The notes under the pieces are model-generated. The model ran no database searches. It saw only the letters and a list, made by a program, of their open reading frames with translations, and had not been told where the DNA came from. From Dehalococcoidia bacterium (GTDB lineage Bacteria; Chloroflexota; Dehalococcoidia; Bin125): 64,000 nucleotides of DNA. A program made the translations under genes and the position numbers. The stretch is from NCBI GenBank assembly GCA_963555985.3, contig OY820591.1, forward strand, positions 1,248,001 to 1,312,000, given 5' to 3'. Positions 63,598 through 64,000 of the stretch are shown piece after piece; within the stretch, counting starts at the first letter, position 1; every line of letters starts with the position of its first letter.

Positions 63598-64000
63598 GTG
63601 AGCGACGCGAACGAACCCAGCATCACCCGTCCCTACGACGGCGTGCGCGTGCTCGAACTCGCCGAGGGCATCTCCGGACCCTTCGCCGCACGCTGGCTCG
63701 CCGCGCTCGGAGCCGATGTGATCAAGGTCGAGCGCGTCACCGGCGACCCCTCCCGGGCCTTCGGCCCCTGGCCGAACGACATCCCCGACGACGAGACCAG
63801 CGGACTCTTCCTCTACCTCAACGGAGACAAACGCAGCCTCACCCTCAACCTCGACACCTCCGATGGCCAGGAAATCCTGCGCGAACTCGCGGCCACAGCC
63901 GACATCGTGATCGAGTCATTCGAGCCCGGCTATCTAGATGCTCGCGCAATCGGCTACGACACCCTCTCCGCCGAGCGTCCCCAACTGGTGATGATCGCGA
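63598..64000 (+). CDS. CaiB/BaiF CoA-transferase, N-terminal part (runs off the window)
   Basis: GTG 63598 translates MSDANEPSITRPYDGVRVLELAEGISGPFAARWLAALGADVIKVE; missing from the ORF track because it has no stop in the window. Confidence 0.88.
   Translation, partial: MSDANEPSITRPYDGVRVLELAEGISGPFAARWLAALGADVIKVERVTGDPSRAFGPWPNDIPDDETSGLFLYLNGDKRSLTLNLDTSDGQEILRELAATADIVIESFEPGYLDARAIGYDTLSAERPQLVMIA

Overview
High-GC bacterial chromosome segment. Gene content suggests Chloroflexota, Dehalococcoidia/SAR202-like (inference from the expanded CaiB CoA-transferases and MaoC pairs, GuaB3, a complex I-like operon without NuoEFG, and GAAC-N4-GTTC boxes). It is mostly housekeeping: der-plsY-gpsA, a nuo operon, ybeY-dnaX-ybaB-recR-recO, rsmI-metG-tatD, hisS-prfA-prmC, rel, comM, pyrD, mrp, glcDEF, tRNA-Arg(CCG) and tRNA-Pro(TGG). 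No integrase, transposase or CRISPR array is visible. Main oddities: (1) a gap-free nuoA-C-D-H-J-K-(extra small gene)-L-M-N operon lacking both Fe-S subunits, NuoB and NuoI; (2) several short palindromic repeat families, some inserted in frame in proteins (TatD, NuoC, an HTH protein), and a hairpin+CAGGCTC unit found nested inside three different repeat types; (3) an HTH gene carrying a helically phased GTTCG array, with a related TGAAC array at 42.3-42.6 kb; (4) an exported acidic TDxDGxDTP-repeat protein coupled to an APH-like kinase behind a G10 tract; (5) a ~126-nt unannotated hairpin RNA candidate upstream of mrp; (6) a duplication-induced frameshift in prmC; (7) a G-rich to C-rich strand-skew switch across the window, suggesting the replication terminus. 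All calls come from reading the sequence and recognising motifs; no database searches were run.
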